Assembly: GCA_973895155.1 (NCBI GenBank)
Contig: OZ316899.1
Location: 8,862,187 to 8,926,186 of the forward strand
Source of the DNA: Marsupella aquatica
Lineage: Eukaryota > Plantae > Marchantiophyta
Reading direction: 5' to 3'
Length of the DNA: 64,000 bases
Made by a program: the position numbers and the translations under genes. The stretch's first letter is position 1, and every line of letters starts with the position of its first letter. This document shows, piece by piece, positions 1 to 10,772 of this stretch. The notes beneath the pieces are model-generated. The model did no database searches, was not told the origin of the DNA, and saw only the letters and a program-made list of their open reading frames with translations.

Positions 1-2357
1 CCAAACCAGTACAATTTGGAATCATACTTGCCTCCTGAGCACTCTTGCTCTGTCACCGGCAATGAATAAATATATTTAGCACCTACAATAATTTGCGATA
101 AGTATTAGTTGTATTTCCGCTATCTGTACTCTAACTATTAGTAGCGCCTGGCGCTATTAAATCTATTGCATCAATGTCATGTTGGTAGTTGCAAAAGTCT
201 CCTTGTTCACACTAGCGCTTGGCGCTACTATACCGGACCAAGGAATTGGACTTCGAGTACTCATTTTCCATAGTAGCGTCGGGCACTATTACAAAATATT
301 GATAACAGACTATCGTGAATCTAAGAAAAGACTTACCAGTCTTATGAAGTTTCCCCACTATCTCCAACGGACCACCCACCATGAGAGCCATCCTTGCAAC
401 ATTCAAAGCTTCCCCTGATGGCAATTTCTAGCTCGCCACCAGTCGTCGATCTCTCTTGACATACGATATGCTTCCAAAAATGTTTTTGCGTTACAAAGAC
501 CGTCCCACATCTTCTTGTGTTCTTCGAGTTTTCCTTCTGGAACACCTTGGCGTGAATGCCGATAAAATGACTGATAAAAATGAAATGCATCTGATCGCTC
601 TCGGTCAGGATCAGGTACCCCATTGAAGAAAACATTTCACACCACATTCCAACCCGCCTGGGCATTGTCCGCCATGAATCCTTGAATTTGAATGTTCTCC
701 AAGCCATTTTCACTTGCAACTTCTATCATCAATCGCCAAGCTCTCTCTAAGGACTTGGTGTCTTTAGCTTTTAACTCACAAGTGAAAATTGTACAAAGTG
801 CCCGATAGTGATGATCATATACATGAACACTAAAGGTTAGCCAGTCTGATGTAATTATGTGCATGATGTCAAACTCACCCATGACCCCTCCAATGAACCA
901 CTAGGCTGCATTTTCCGGAGAAGGTCGATCCCAGATCCTTCCCCTTGCACAGTCATCTTGAAGATGTGAGCACTTTTGTCTCAACATCCTTGGCCTGGAA
1001 GCAAATACCTTATGAAGAAATGGAAGTCTCACACACTTTTGCATCCGCACCAAATATTTGAGCTCACCTTTACCTTTCTGGTCTTGCCTCACACTTTGTA
1101 GAACAGAGGTAAACTTTTGTGGGGTAGCAACAACCATGAGAGACTCCCAGATCTCCTTCTCCCCTTCCAAAGACATTTCCTTGATGGAATCCTCATAGAG
1201 GGCATTGGTTAAAGAGTCTGTAGCCGCATTTTTATCCCAGTGGGCGTAGCTCGTGGATTTGCCTGGAACTCCTTTGCGAGGTGAGTCTTAGTGACCTTTT
1301 CAGCCTCTCTAGACCACACCCGACGAGTGGGATGGTTGTGAAATTCCATGTGTACAGCCAGCCGGGACATATACGCCAAATGTGTTGAATCCACTTTGGC
1401 TAAAGGATACATATAGAACATCATGCTTGGACACGACCTTGTACACATCGGAGGTTCTTGGCAATGGTGACAGACAATACCACCTTGCGGGATGAGTTCT
1501 CCAACTCAAAAGGGTCTCGAGAGTTTTGGTGTTCTTGCCCAAACTTGGTTGTTCCTAGTCTTTTTGTCTCTCCAAAATTGACAGGAGTTGTTCCGACATT
1601 CAAGAGAACCGGTACACTTAACCTTTCCAAAATCCCACATCTTCTTTGGTAAAACATTTGAAGATGTTTTGATGATGCGCGTCCAGTAATAGCAATCCTT
1701 CCCGTGGTCCATGTCCTTCAGCCGTTCCCCTTTTGAATTCACGCAATCGACTAGAGGCAACTCAAACACTACATTCCCGTTGTATGTCATCAGGAGACTG
1801 GGAACTATGTGATGCATGAAATCCTTCTCCCTAATGAAACGAGATAACTTGCTATGCCCCTTTGATTTTAGGATAGCATCCATCGCACTTTGCCGATATA
1901 CAATTGGAACTTCTCGAACCTCCATCTTCACAACCAAGGGATCCACTGGGACCCTTTTTGGGACATCAAATGAAAGGGGAGAATTTTTTCCCTCTTCTTC
2001 TGAAGTGTCTGAGACATTGACAACATCGACACCACCGGAAATAGGACATGGATCTGCCAATGCTTGAGAATCTTCCAAAACAAAGACCTCGTATACTTTA
2101 TCTGGGTACATCATCCAAAACATAAGACCATCAACGACATCATAGAAGATGGTATTTCCTTTTGAATTCTTAGGGAGAAGGGACACAGAGAGAATACACT
2201 GTTTTGAAATATCAAATCTTATCCCCAAGTATTCATCCAAAACTCCTCTTGACTGAGATTCAGGGGAAACGATAACCGTGACGACATCCCGCATGTCCTT
2301 GCATGTAACTACAATTGATTCTCCCATTTTAGCAAAAGAGAATAATGGATGCCTCAC
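1..2357 (-). pseudogene. Mutator-like (MULE) transposase, MULE-1 family, frameshifted; continues off the left edge
   Basis: ORF fragments align by eye to the transposase at 15279-19091 (YNGNVVFELP, MSRLAVHMEFH, FDIMHIITSDWLTFSVHVYDHHYRALCTIFTCE, GFMADNAQAGW, RSDAFH). Same phase-0 intron (50-336) after WGNFIRL; the exon at 49-1 reads SKSAQEASMIPNCTGL versus TQTAKESALMPNCAGA. Confidence 0.85.
138..290. repeat. Three copies of the 15-bp palindrome TAGCGC-NNN-GCGCTA in the MULE-1 transposase intron
   Basis: tagcgcctggcgcta 142-156, tagcgcttggcgcta 213-227, degenerate tagcgtcgggcacta 274-288. Confidence 0.8.
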
Positions 2358-3356
2358 TTCGCCAATCGGTTTAAGGCTTGTTTGATGTAATAGCTGTCTA
2401 AATTATAAAATTAGAAATAATGGAAAATTTTAAAATTTTTGTAGTTAGAAATAGATTAAACATAGCCAATTAATCTACTTTTAGATATACGTAAGGTTAA
2501 GACTTAAGATAGGCACATTACTAGACACTACCCCGAGTACTTAGTAAGCATTGCCCTGCTCGGGAACTCTCCCATCTCAAGGAGCCAAGCTCCATAACCT
2601 ACTTGATATTCTGAAGAGGCCACTTGACTGTGACTTTGCGTTTCCATTACTTAAATCTAAGCGGAGGGTTGAGAAGAGCAAGGGAGAACACTGTTTGTAT
2701 TCTTGTGGTGCAATCGGAAATTTTGTTGCTAAGTTTTGACCACGGAAGGCAAAAGCATCAAGGTGCAACGGCACAAAGGCATTTCAGCGCAATGGAGTTT
2801 TGGTGTCAAGGCGCAAAAATTCCATGACATTTTAGGGTCAGTAGCGTTTCAGCACAACACAGACCAACGTCGCAACGTGGTTTCATTGTAAACAACCTTC
2901 ACGTTTTGGAGTATAAGCGGAACGGTGTAATTGCGCAATGACACTTTGACGTGTTCTGCCCAGCCGCTTTTATATTCACGACTTTGACTTACGCCTCGAC
3001 TATGGCAACGACAGGAGAGGAAGTAGAAGGAGTTACAGCCGGGGTCCCTCTACCGAAAGCTGTCCCTGTGATTCACCCCACTTTAAAGAGAAGTCTGGAT
3101 GTTCTAAAAGAATCCTTGGACGTGATGCACTTGAGTAAGTTACTTACTCTACCTTGGTCCGTGACTTCACCTAGCTACTTAAAAGATTAGTAATTTATGT
3201 CGTGTAATGAGTTGTACATATGACGTTAATACAACGTTAATAAATAAATCAATAAATTTGAAGACGTAAGATGTGAATGTGCTTTGTTGAGTTGGATGTT
3301 AAGTTTGCATCCGAGTATGTGGACGCTAATCACATGAGTTTGCATCAGTAATTTAC

Positions 3357-5330
3357 CTTCTCTAGAATTTTGTCCCCAATGGTGTCTGGTCGATATCGTG
3401 GAAGGCCACACGGTTCCTTCGGGCAATGAGTGTGCTTAGCATACTCCTTTCTATACAAGATGCAACTAGCGGGGCACATATGGATAGTCTCCAAAGCCAA
3501 TCCAATGGAGACAAGTAACTTCTTAGCCTCCCTCACACATTCAGGAAGAGTGTTTGGTTGGGGCAAGAATTTCTTGCGGAACAACTGCAATAGTGCCTCT
3601 GTATGGACATCCGAACCATTGAAAACTCCTTGCAAATTTAACATCAAGAGAGTGGCACCCAACCTGCATTTGCAAAACCACAATTAGTTCATCAAAATGG
3701 AACATGAGGTACTACTTGCAATTACACTCTCAAAATCAGAGAAGTCATAGGCTTCTCTACCTCGAGGTTGGAGAACCCTCAAATAGTGGAGTTCTGGCTT
3801 CTGATTTGAGCTGGTCCCAATCCTCCTGGTCTACTTCCATAGTAGGGTGATCAGCGTCAGGTGCATGTGGTCCAAAGTGAATGTCAACCAGGTGGGCAAA
3901 AGCTTCCTCTTCAAGAATAGGTGCAGGCCACTCATCCTCTACATCATCATCAAACTTGACATCATATGCATCATGGTACTCATCATCATCGTCCTCCACA
4001 TCATCATCATCATCCACATCATGGACATCATCATCATCATCATCACTGAAATGTAATGTGGCTCGAGCGCGGAAGGCACGGGCGGATGTAGTCATCATGG
4101 ATGGGTGTTGTGTAGGAGTAATATTGGCACCATCCTACATATATAAGTAAGCAATTTCCAATGCAAACTCATAATTAGACAAAGAGTTCCATGAAGGGTG
4201 CAATGAAGCTCAAATAATGATATGTGCAAGGAATGTCATGTATTGAATAGGTGATGTACATATTAAGTTGTGATCAATGCCAATCATAATCTACAAAAAT
4301 CTCATCTCTTGCTCTAATGGTGCGGGTGGCATGCGTTAAGACATAATGTGTGCATGCCATGGGCAAACGTGGGTGACATGCATCATGGTACTCATGCCAC
4401 TCAGCGTTTGGCCTAAACCCTAAACGCCGACACATAGTGCTATTGATGTAGCCTGCCAAGTTTCCCGTGCGAGGTGGATAACCATCCATCTGAGAATACC
4501 TAGGGTCCATCTTCAGTGACATGCCATATCAACCAAAGGTTGGACACTATCGGGACAAGATTTGCCATCTCTAGGCCAAATACTTTGGCCCATAGAATGG
4601 GAACAACTGAGGTAAATCGTCAGGGGCACACCCATGAGGGACCACTATATCCACAAGTGCAAAAACGCCAAGGCCAACGTCAAGTCCCAATGTGGACGGG
4701 AGGAGACGGCCGACTCCAGACTATGATAGGTTCCATGACTGGAAGGTCGTCGGGGAGTCCAAACTGGGCAGGGAAGGAGTCCTTTATGATATCCAAGGCT
4801 CTCCCTCGCAACTGTCTCGCGACTCTCAAAGAAGGTGCATCAAGAAAAGGACAACGTGGCGGCACTATCCTAGGTGGACGAGACTCCATCGACCTCAGTG
4901 TAGTGGTCACCACTACTCCCCTCTCAATAGGGTGCACTTGCACCACTCTCCCATCAAAAACACGGTCTATAGCCCTCAATGTGGCAGACAATGCTGATGG
5001 GGGTACTAGAGGGGTGATCGCACGCCTCGCAATCTCTCTCATGCTGTCCACGGCCGAAGGCACTACAATAGGAATCTGTCCACATGTGACCAGCAGGACA
5101 ACTTCAGAATTTGCGTATGAAAGCATGAACAACTACAACCTAGACAGCTTCTAGTTAGGTAAAAAATGAAAGCAACTAAATAATTGAAATGTTTAAACCT
5201 TATATTTACCTCTTGTGTGGGTGGTATATAACGATCGTGGATCCCTAAATGGCTAAGGACAGTGATCCTCTTGTGAGATACAACGCCCTTGCACCGCCTA
5301 CATGGCAAGGCATCTTACAGATAGGTCCAA
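3357..5330 (-). pseudogene. CACTA transposase (TnpD/Tnp2) N-terminal exons; catalytic core absent
   Basis: Exon with C(P)CRRCKG...SHL transposase-associated motif (donor after 5210); acidic exon 4134-3761 ending EARTPLFEGSPTSR; intron 3664-3760; exon 3663-3357 with LPQPNTLPECVREAKKLLVSIGLALETIHMCPASCILYRKEYAKHTHCP, typical of En/Spm Tnp2. Confidence 0.85.
4274..5075 (-). pseudogene. SET-domain-like protein exon inside CACTA-A
   Basis: Read through a frameshift and three stops: STLGLDVGLGVFALVDI...LFPFYGPKY...MDGYPPRTGNLAGYINS...PNAEW...ATRTIRARDEIFVDY, matching SET motifs GxGLFA, YIN(H)S..PN and E(L/I)xxDY; homologous to 31938-32861. Confidence 0.75.
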
Positions 5331-5469
5331 TCCCCTGAATGGCAGCCATAGCATCTCCAAATCCCTCATCAGTCGTGATACTGGTGTGAGGGACTCAAGG
5401 ATCTAGTATCTCTCCTTCTATCCCACCGATGTCTGCATCGGTGATGCTTGGACCGATGGCGCCTAGATG

Positions 5470-5730
5470 GTGAGTCATCCCTCCTCCTCTCCCGTGACTC
5501 ATCGCTGAGGGGATCAGCCCTCCTCCTGCCCCGGGAGTGATCCCTCCTCTCCTAGGAGTCATGGCTTGTCATTCTTGGGGACACATCCCTCCTCCCTGGT
5601 GACTCATCCCTCCTCCTCCTCCTCCGTTGTGACCCATCCCTGGATCCATGGCTCCTCCTCTCCTGGGACTCATCACTAGTCCCCCCCATGACTGATCTCT
5701 CCTCCTCCCCAACGACTCATCCCTCTCCCT
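5470..5730. repeat. Degenerate tandem repeats (gactcatccctcctcctc core)
   Basis: About eight visible copies of a TCATCCCTCCTCCTC-like unit. Confidence 0.7.
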
Positions 5731-6249
5731 ACTATGATGACCATGTTTGCATCGGTGACAAGTACCTCCATTATGATGGTCATAGTATGATGAGGAAGAC
5801 CCATACGTCGCCATATGGCCCTGCAACAACATACATGCCAGATACCAATTAGTACCATTCAAATAATGGCAACAAACCCTAAAAACTTATGGAGTTTTAT
5901 ACGTTGTATAAACCCCACACGTTTTCCTACCCTACGTAAACCCCCAATGTAACGTCATTTATATAAACCCCGGACAGCGTAACCCCCTGTTTGACGACAT
6001 ACTATGACGTTTACGTCGTCCCCCAGAACGTACTATTTAGGGTTTATGAAAAGAACATCATTAAAAATGACATTATATTGGGAGAACGGGGGTTCTTTGT
6101 GGTTTTGGGCGTAGCTCGGCATTTTCCAAAGGAAAACATCGGGGTAATAGTCGAATGTGAGGCACATTCGACGTCCCGGACCCCAACTCCCCTCCTCTCG
6201 CTTTCTCTCATTCAATTCTGACCTCTACGTAGAGACAATTGCCCTTCCA

Positions 6250-8007
6250 ATGTCTAGACCAGCCTATCTTCCTTTCAGTGTGAACTTTGATGCAGACAAG
6301 GTGGCCATGGACGATTCAGAGGAGTTGGAGAAGGTGCGTCAAGCTTTGCTTTCCACCCACCCATTGTCAACGCTTTCAATCAAAGTTGGAGATACTTGGG
6401 AGGAGTGGGAAGCAAAGAGTCCCAGTTTTTGGAGTACCTAGGCAATATCGAGGCCAATGCTCCTGCCGTGGATGAGGATGAACAGATTCCCGCTGCAGAG
6501 TGCTTGGGGGAGTTTGGTGAGGCTTCAGTGAATCCTCTACCTTCGTTCCCTTTGCTACCAGATGATGGTTGGGATGATCTAGCTTTCTTAGGAATGGTGC
6601 TTGATTCTCATGTTCATTCTGGGACTCCTATCAAAAGCCAGGTTAGGATCCCACATGATAGATATGAGCCAGAGGATGGGGGGCAGGATTATCATAGGAA
6701 GAGAAAGCATAGATCCCCTTCTAGGAGCAAAAGTAGTAGCATTGACAGGAGAAGACGAAAAGAGAAGGGAAAGGAGCGCAAATGTGTAGATGTAGACCCA
6801 AAGGCGGACAGGGGAAGGAGGCAATTACCTTGATAGTCACATTTGTCTTGTCCTTAGGCACCGGATTCTGCCCAGCGAGCTGCAGCAAAACCCAGCAACA
6901 AAGAGGAGCTCCCAACCATAACTTTGGCCGCTTTTGATGCAAAACTGGATGTTCTTGATGAGAAGGCACTCACCAATCGAGTGCAGACCTGTTGTGCGAA
7001 ACACTACCCAGGTTGGACAACCTGGAAGGATTTGTCACATAACACCAAGAAATTTCAGACACTCCTCAATGACGTGCAGGCTAGGTTCCGCAATGGGAGA
7101 GAAATTGACTTCCGTCACATGAGGCAAAAGATTGTAAATCACTTGGCGGATAGAAGGTTTAGGTGGAAAAACAAGGTTTGAAAATCAAAATCTTTGCAGA
7201 CAGGGGAGTACCACAAACTTGAAGGGATGACTGAGGCTGATTTCAATCTGATCGTCAGTGAGTTGGAGGCAGACCCAGACACGGCAGTAGGAAAGCGAGT
7301 GCGCATGGGGGACAAAGCAACAGCAGCTCAAAAGCAGACTGGCCGGCTTGCAGTGACCAATTTCTGGGGGCAGGGAGGATGGCGAGGCTTCCTTGCAACC
7401 TATGTAAGTGCCCGTCCTGATTTCCTTGTTGTTTGTGCGTACCGGAGCCTTGCGGTGAAGTCTTGCTGCAAACGTCGTGTTTTCCAATTTTACGTCGCAA
7501 AATCTGCTACTAACGTTGTCCCTCACATCATAGCCTCCTTCTTACGTACACCCCAACGTCATTTTTTTTGAAACATCTTCTCATCGACGTTACAACTATG
7601 CAGTCCATCTTTACATGGCATAAAATGATGTTATTGAATATACGTCCCATTACACGGCGTACATTACAATGTGCCTTACGACGTTACTAGTTTTTGCTGC
7701 AGAAGCACAAGTATGGACGAAAGGTTGAGCCTAGCGAGGAGGAACGGCTATACTCCAAGCGGTATGGCCCTGCGGCATTGTGGGCCAAGTTGGATTCCAC
7801 CCCAGAAGAGTTCCCTATAAGTAGGAATCCAACAACATTCCTTGGTAGTGCTAGTTGTATAAGCTCTATTGTGTCAGCATGTATTGATACATAGAATATG
7901 TCATGTGCAGGTGGATTGGACCCCTCCTGAGGGGTTAGTGGCACGCCCCATCATAGAGGATGAGCAGGTGGACATTGTACCCGATGAGGAGGGTACCCAG
8001 GACGAGA
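6250..8007 (+). pseudogene. CACTA TnpA-like (Ptta/En/Spm-type) second gene of element A
   Basis: Interrupted ORFs 6250-7404 ending VTNFWGQGGWRGFLATY then GTAAGT; downstream exon KHKYGRKVEP; parallels the CACTA-B gene (THRMGQGGSQRLKADF then GTAAGT; EKEHGRPLLP). Truncated at QDET by the CACTA-B end. Confidence 0.6.
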
Positions 8008-8495
8008 CACTAGTACATTTTGAGCCCTTTTACCGATCCTCTTTCTATCGGACGCCTTCAAAAAATCTGCGGCAAAACTTTTAGACATCCAATTGTTTCT
8101 ATTTCGCAAAGTCCAATTTTCAAAGAATCGGAAAAAGACAATCGGAAATGAATCGAAACTACCAATTATTTTGGGATTGGACCTTTCGTTTATTTGTGTT
8201 TCGCACTTAACGGTGTCCGATTTATTGTGTATCGGATATTCCTTTTGTCCATTCTAGCAAAGTTTGGAATTTCGATACAAATGCGATGGAAATAGCATCG
8301 GAATGTTTGATATATTTGAAGTCAAGAAGAGCAATGTCAAGACAAACGGACTTTTTGATATGTGTGATGTCGGACTTTGTGATACGCGTGATATCAGAAA
8401 TTGCGAAGATATTGGTTTCGGAAATTATGATCGTTATGACATCAGATATAGTTTGGTACCAACAAAATGCGTTTGCAAATGGGTTGTCGGTTTCA
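8008..8495. repeat. CACTA terminus and subterminal TCGGA/TCCGA repeats
   Basis: CACTAGTACA, then roughly ten ATCGGA/TCCGAT-like motifs in both orientations. Confidence 0.7.
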
Positions 8496-8835
8496 AATGG
8501 GAGGCCTAATTGCAGGGGGTTTTAGCTTGGGTGCAATTTAAACAATTATTGAGGTCCAATATTTAGGGTATAGGGTATTTGATTCAAGGGAGACTTGATA
8601 CATGGGGAAGGATGACATGGCAAAAGTATACATAGATGGATCATAGACAAAAATGTAATATCTAGAGGAAAATTTAGTACAAAAAATGGAGAATGCACCA
8701 TGTATATATGTATATATGTACACATACATATATACATGGTGCAAAATATCCTAAAGGCAGGGCATAACAAATCTAAATAGTGCCCTCCAACTAGCCACCT
8801 AGCTAGCCTAGTACTATGTATGTCTACCTAGCCCA

Positions 8836-10233
8836 CTATCCATACAAGCTATGTCGCGTCTTCCTCTTCTTCAGGCGGGAGCGACTAGGCTGGTCTGCGG
8901 TATGAGTCTCTACTACTGGTACATCGGGTAGTACCTGATGGTCTCGACCACCTAATGTGGCTCCATCCTCTCCTGGTGAACAATGTGCAGAAGCAATCTC
9001 TGGTACCCCCCCATCTCCAGATGTTGCTGAACCATGGGAGGGCACCCCTTCCCCAACACAAGTGTGGAAAGAAGCCCCTCCAGTGCCACCACTACTACCC
9101 CCCCTCAGGCCAAACATCACCTCCACCACTACCACTAGAACCTCTAGACTGGCCAGTAGCAATGCCACCACCACCACTATGAGGGTGAGAAATAGAGCTA
9201 GCCCTCAACTGACGAGGAGGAACACCACCACCACCACTACCCCCCTCAGGCCAAGACTCACCTCCACCACTATGGCGAGAACCTCCTGACTGACTCCCTA
9301 CACCACCACTATGAATGAGAGATGGTGTGGGCACATGACTAACAACCCTCTCCCCCGACTATCGTGAACCACCTGGTACACTACCAGGGCCAGCCCTGAA
9401 CTGACTATACGCAACACCACCACCACTACCCCCTACAGGCCAAGACTCACCTCCACCACTACGGCTGGAACCTCCAGACTGTCTAACAACACGACCACTG
9501 TCAGCATGAGATGGTGCGGGTGCATGAACACAAACCCCCTCGGACTGTCGAGAAGCACCTGGTACAACATCAAGGCCAACCCTAAACTGACGAGGAGCAA
9601 CACCACCCCCTTGGCCACCTCCAGCAGCTGGAACCCGAGATGCACTACCAACCCCTCGACCACCTCCAGCAGCTGGAACCCGAGACGCACTACCAACCCC
9701 TCGGCCACCTCTAGCAACTAGAACCCGAGACGCACTACCAACCCCTCGGCCACCTCCAGTAGCCGGAACTCGGGACCCACTACCACCACTCCTGCCTGGT
9801 AATCTCCGATGAGGAGGCATATCGCCTCTAGTGCTCTCCATCCGGCAAGTGGGGCCACCTACACCCCTACTAGACTGGTGACGTCCTCTCTCACGGGATC
9901 TCGACCGACCATGTGCACGACTAGAAGGTCGTACTGGAGCCTCGGCCACACTCCCCTCCGAGGCACTGTCCTCCTCGTCCTCCCCCTCAGCATCCTCCTC
10001 ACTAATCTCCAAGTCCTCCTCACCCCCCTCATCATCCTGCACATTACATTAATCCCCAATCCATATTTGTCATTCAATTCCGCATGTATGAAATGTAAGC
10101 CATCTATGATCAATTTAATAACCACACTTACCGACACCAACATGTCCTCCATGTGAATCTTTAGAGCCCGTGCACCGTGCTCCTTTGCCAACTCCCTCTC
10201 TGCCGGCAGCAATGGTCGTCCATGCTCCTTCTC
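8836..10233 (-). pseudogene. 3-prime exons of CACTA-B TnpA-like gene (low-complexity Gly/Ser/Arg tail)
   Basis: Exon 10233-10132 (EKEHGRPLLPAERELAKEHG, AG/GT bounded, phase 0) and exon from 10036 (DDEGGEED...) with stops and frameshifts. Confidence 0.6.
9090..9790. repeat. Coding minisatellite: about four 42-bp units (9608-9775) plus longer degenerate duplications
   Basis: ggaacccgagacgcactaccaacccctcggccacctccagcagct repeated; encodes GGGRGVGSASRVPAA-type repeats on the minus strand. Confidence 0.85.
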
Positions 10234-10414
10234 CTACACACCCCATTCACATGCCACCCCACCTAATGTAAATTATTGCAACCATACCCTGGCCTAAACA
10301 CCTCAACCCTTAAACATTAAATTACCATTCAAAACAGTTAGCCGTTCGCCATCGCCACATTAAAAATTTTGAATTTTCCGATACTAAAAGAATCAGTGCC
10401 CTCAATGGTTCCGA

Positions 10415-10758
10415 TATTAGATATTGCTCTAGTCTTGTGACTCATGAGCTAACCACAGTTAGTCTAACTCGGGTTAGGACTTAGCTAATGTTAGCGGTAG
10501 TGCTGTTGTGCATATAGCCAGGGCTGATTCCAGACCTTGGTGGAACTTAGGCTCATTGTTATGGAGCTAGTTGAGAGATAGGGAGAGCTTGTGCTATGGA
10601 TGCTTGTTATGGCCGGTCGGCCTAGAGTGCAGTAAAGCTCTTGTGTATTCCCGTGGACATAGCCTCATGTGGAGGTGAACCACGTATCTCTCTATGTCGA
10701 CTATTGTGCGTTGGATGGTTCATGGGCTTGCTATTACGAATGTCATCTATGCTCAACA
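10415..10758 (+). repeat. Copia-1 5-prime LTR
   Basis: About 20 substitutions versus 28923-29266 by hand count, nearly all transitions; initial TG mutated to TA. Confidence 0.95.
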
Positions 10759-10760
10759 AG

Positions 10761-10772
10761 TGGTATCAGAGC
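10761..10772 (+). promoter_or_regulatory. Primer-binding site (initiator Met tRNA)
   Basis: TGGTATCAGAGC two bases after the LTR end. Confidence 0.9.

Larger units (their letters stand above)
2526..8007. mobile_element. CACTA/En-Spm element A (incomplete): TnpD N-terminus plus SET exon on minus, TnpA-like gene on plus
   Basis: Gene content listed separately; ACGT-core motif clusters near 5900-6180 and 7470-7690. Left boundary is tentative (CACTA at 2526). Right side is cut by CACTA-B at 8008. Confidence 0.6.

Noticed and set aside
3847-4150. Poly-Ile and poly-Ser plus-strand ORFs
   Set aside because: Antisense shadows of the GAT-rich acidic linker of TnpD.
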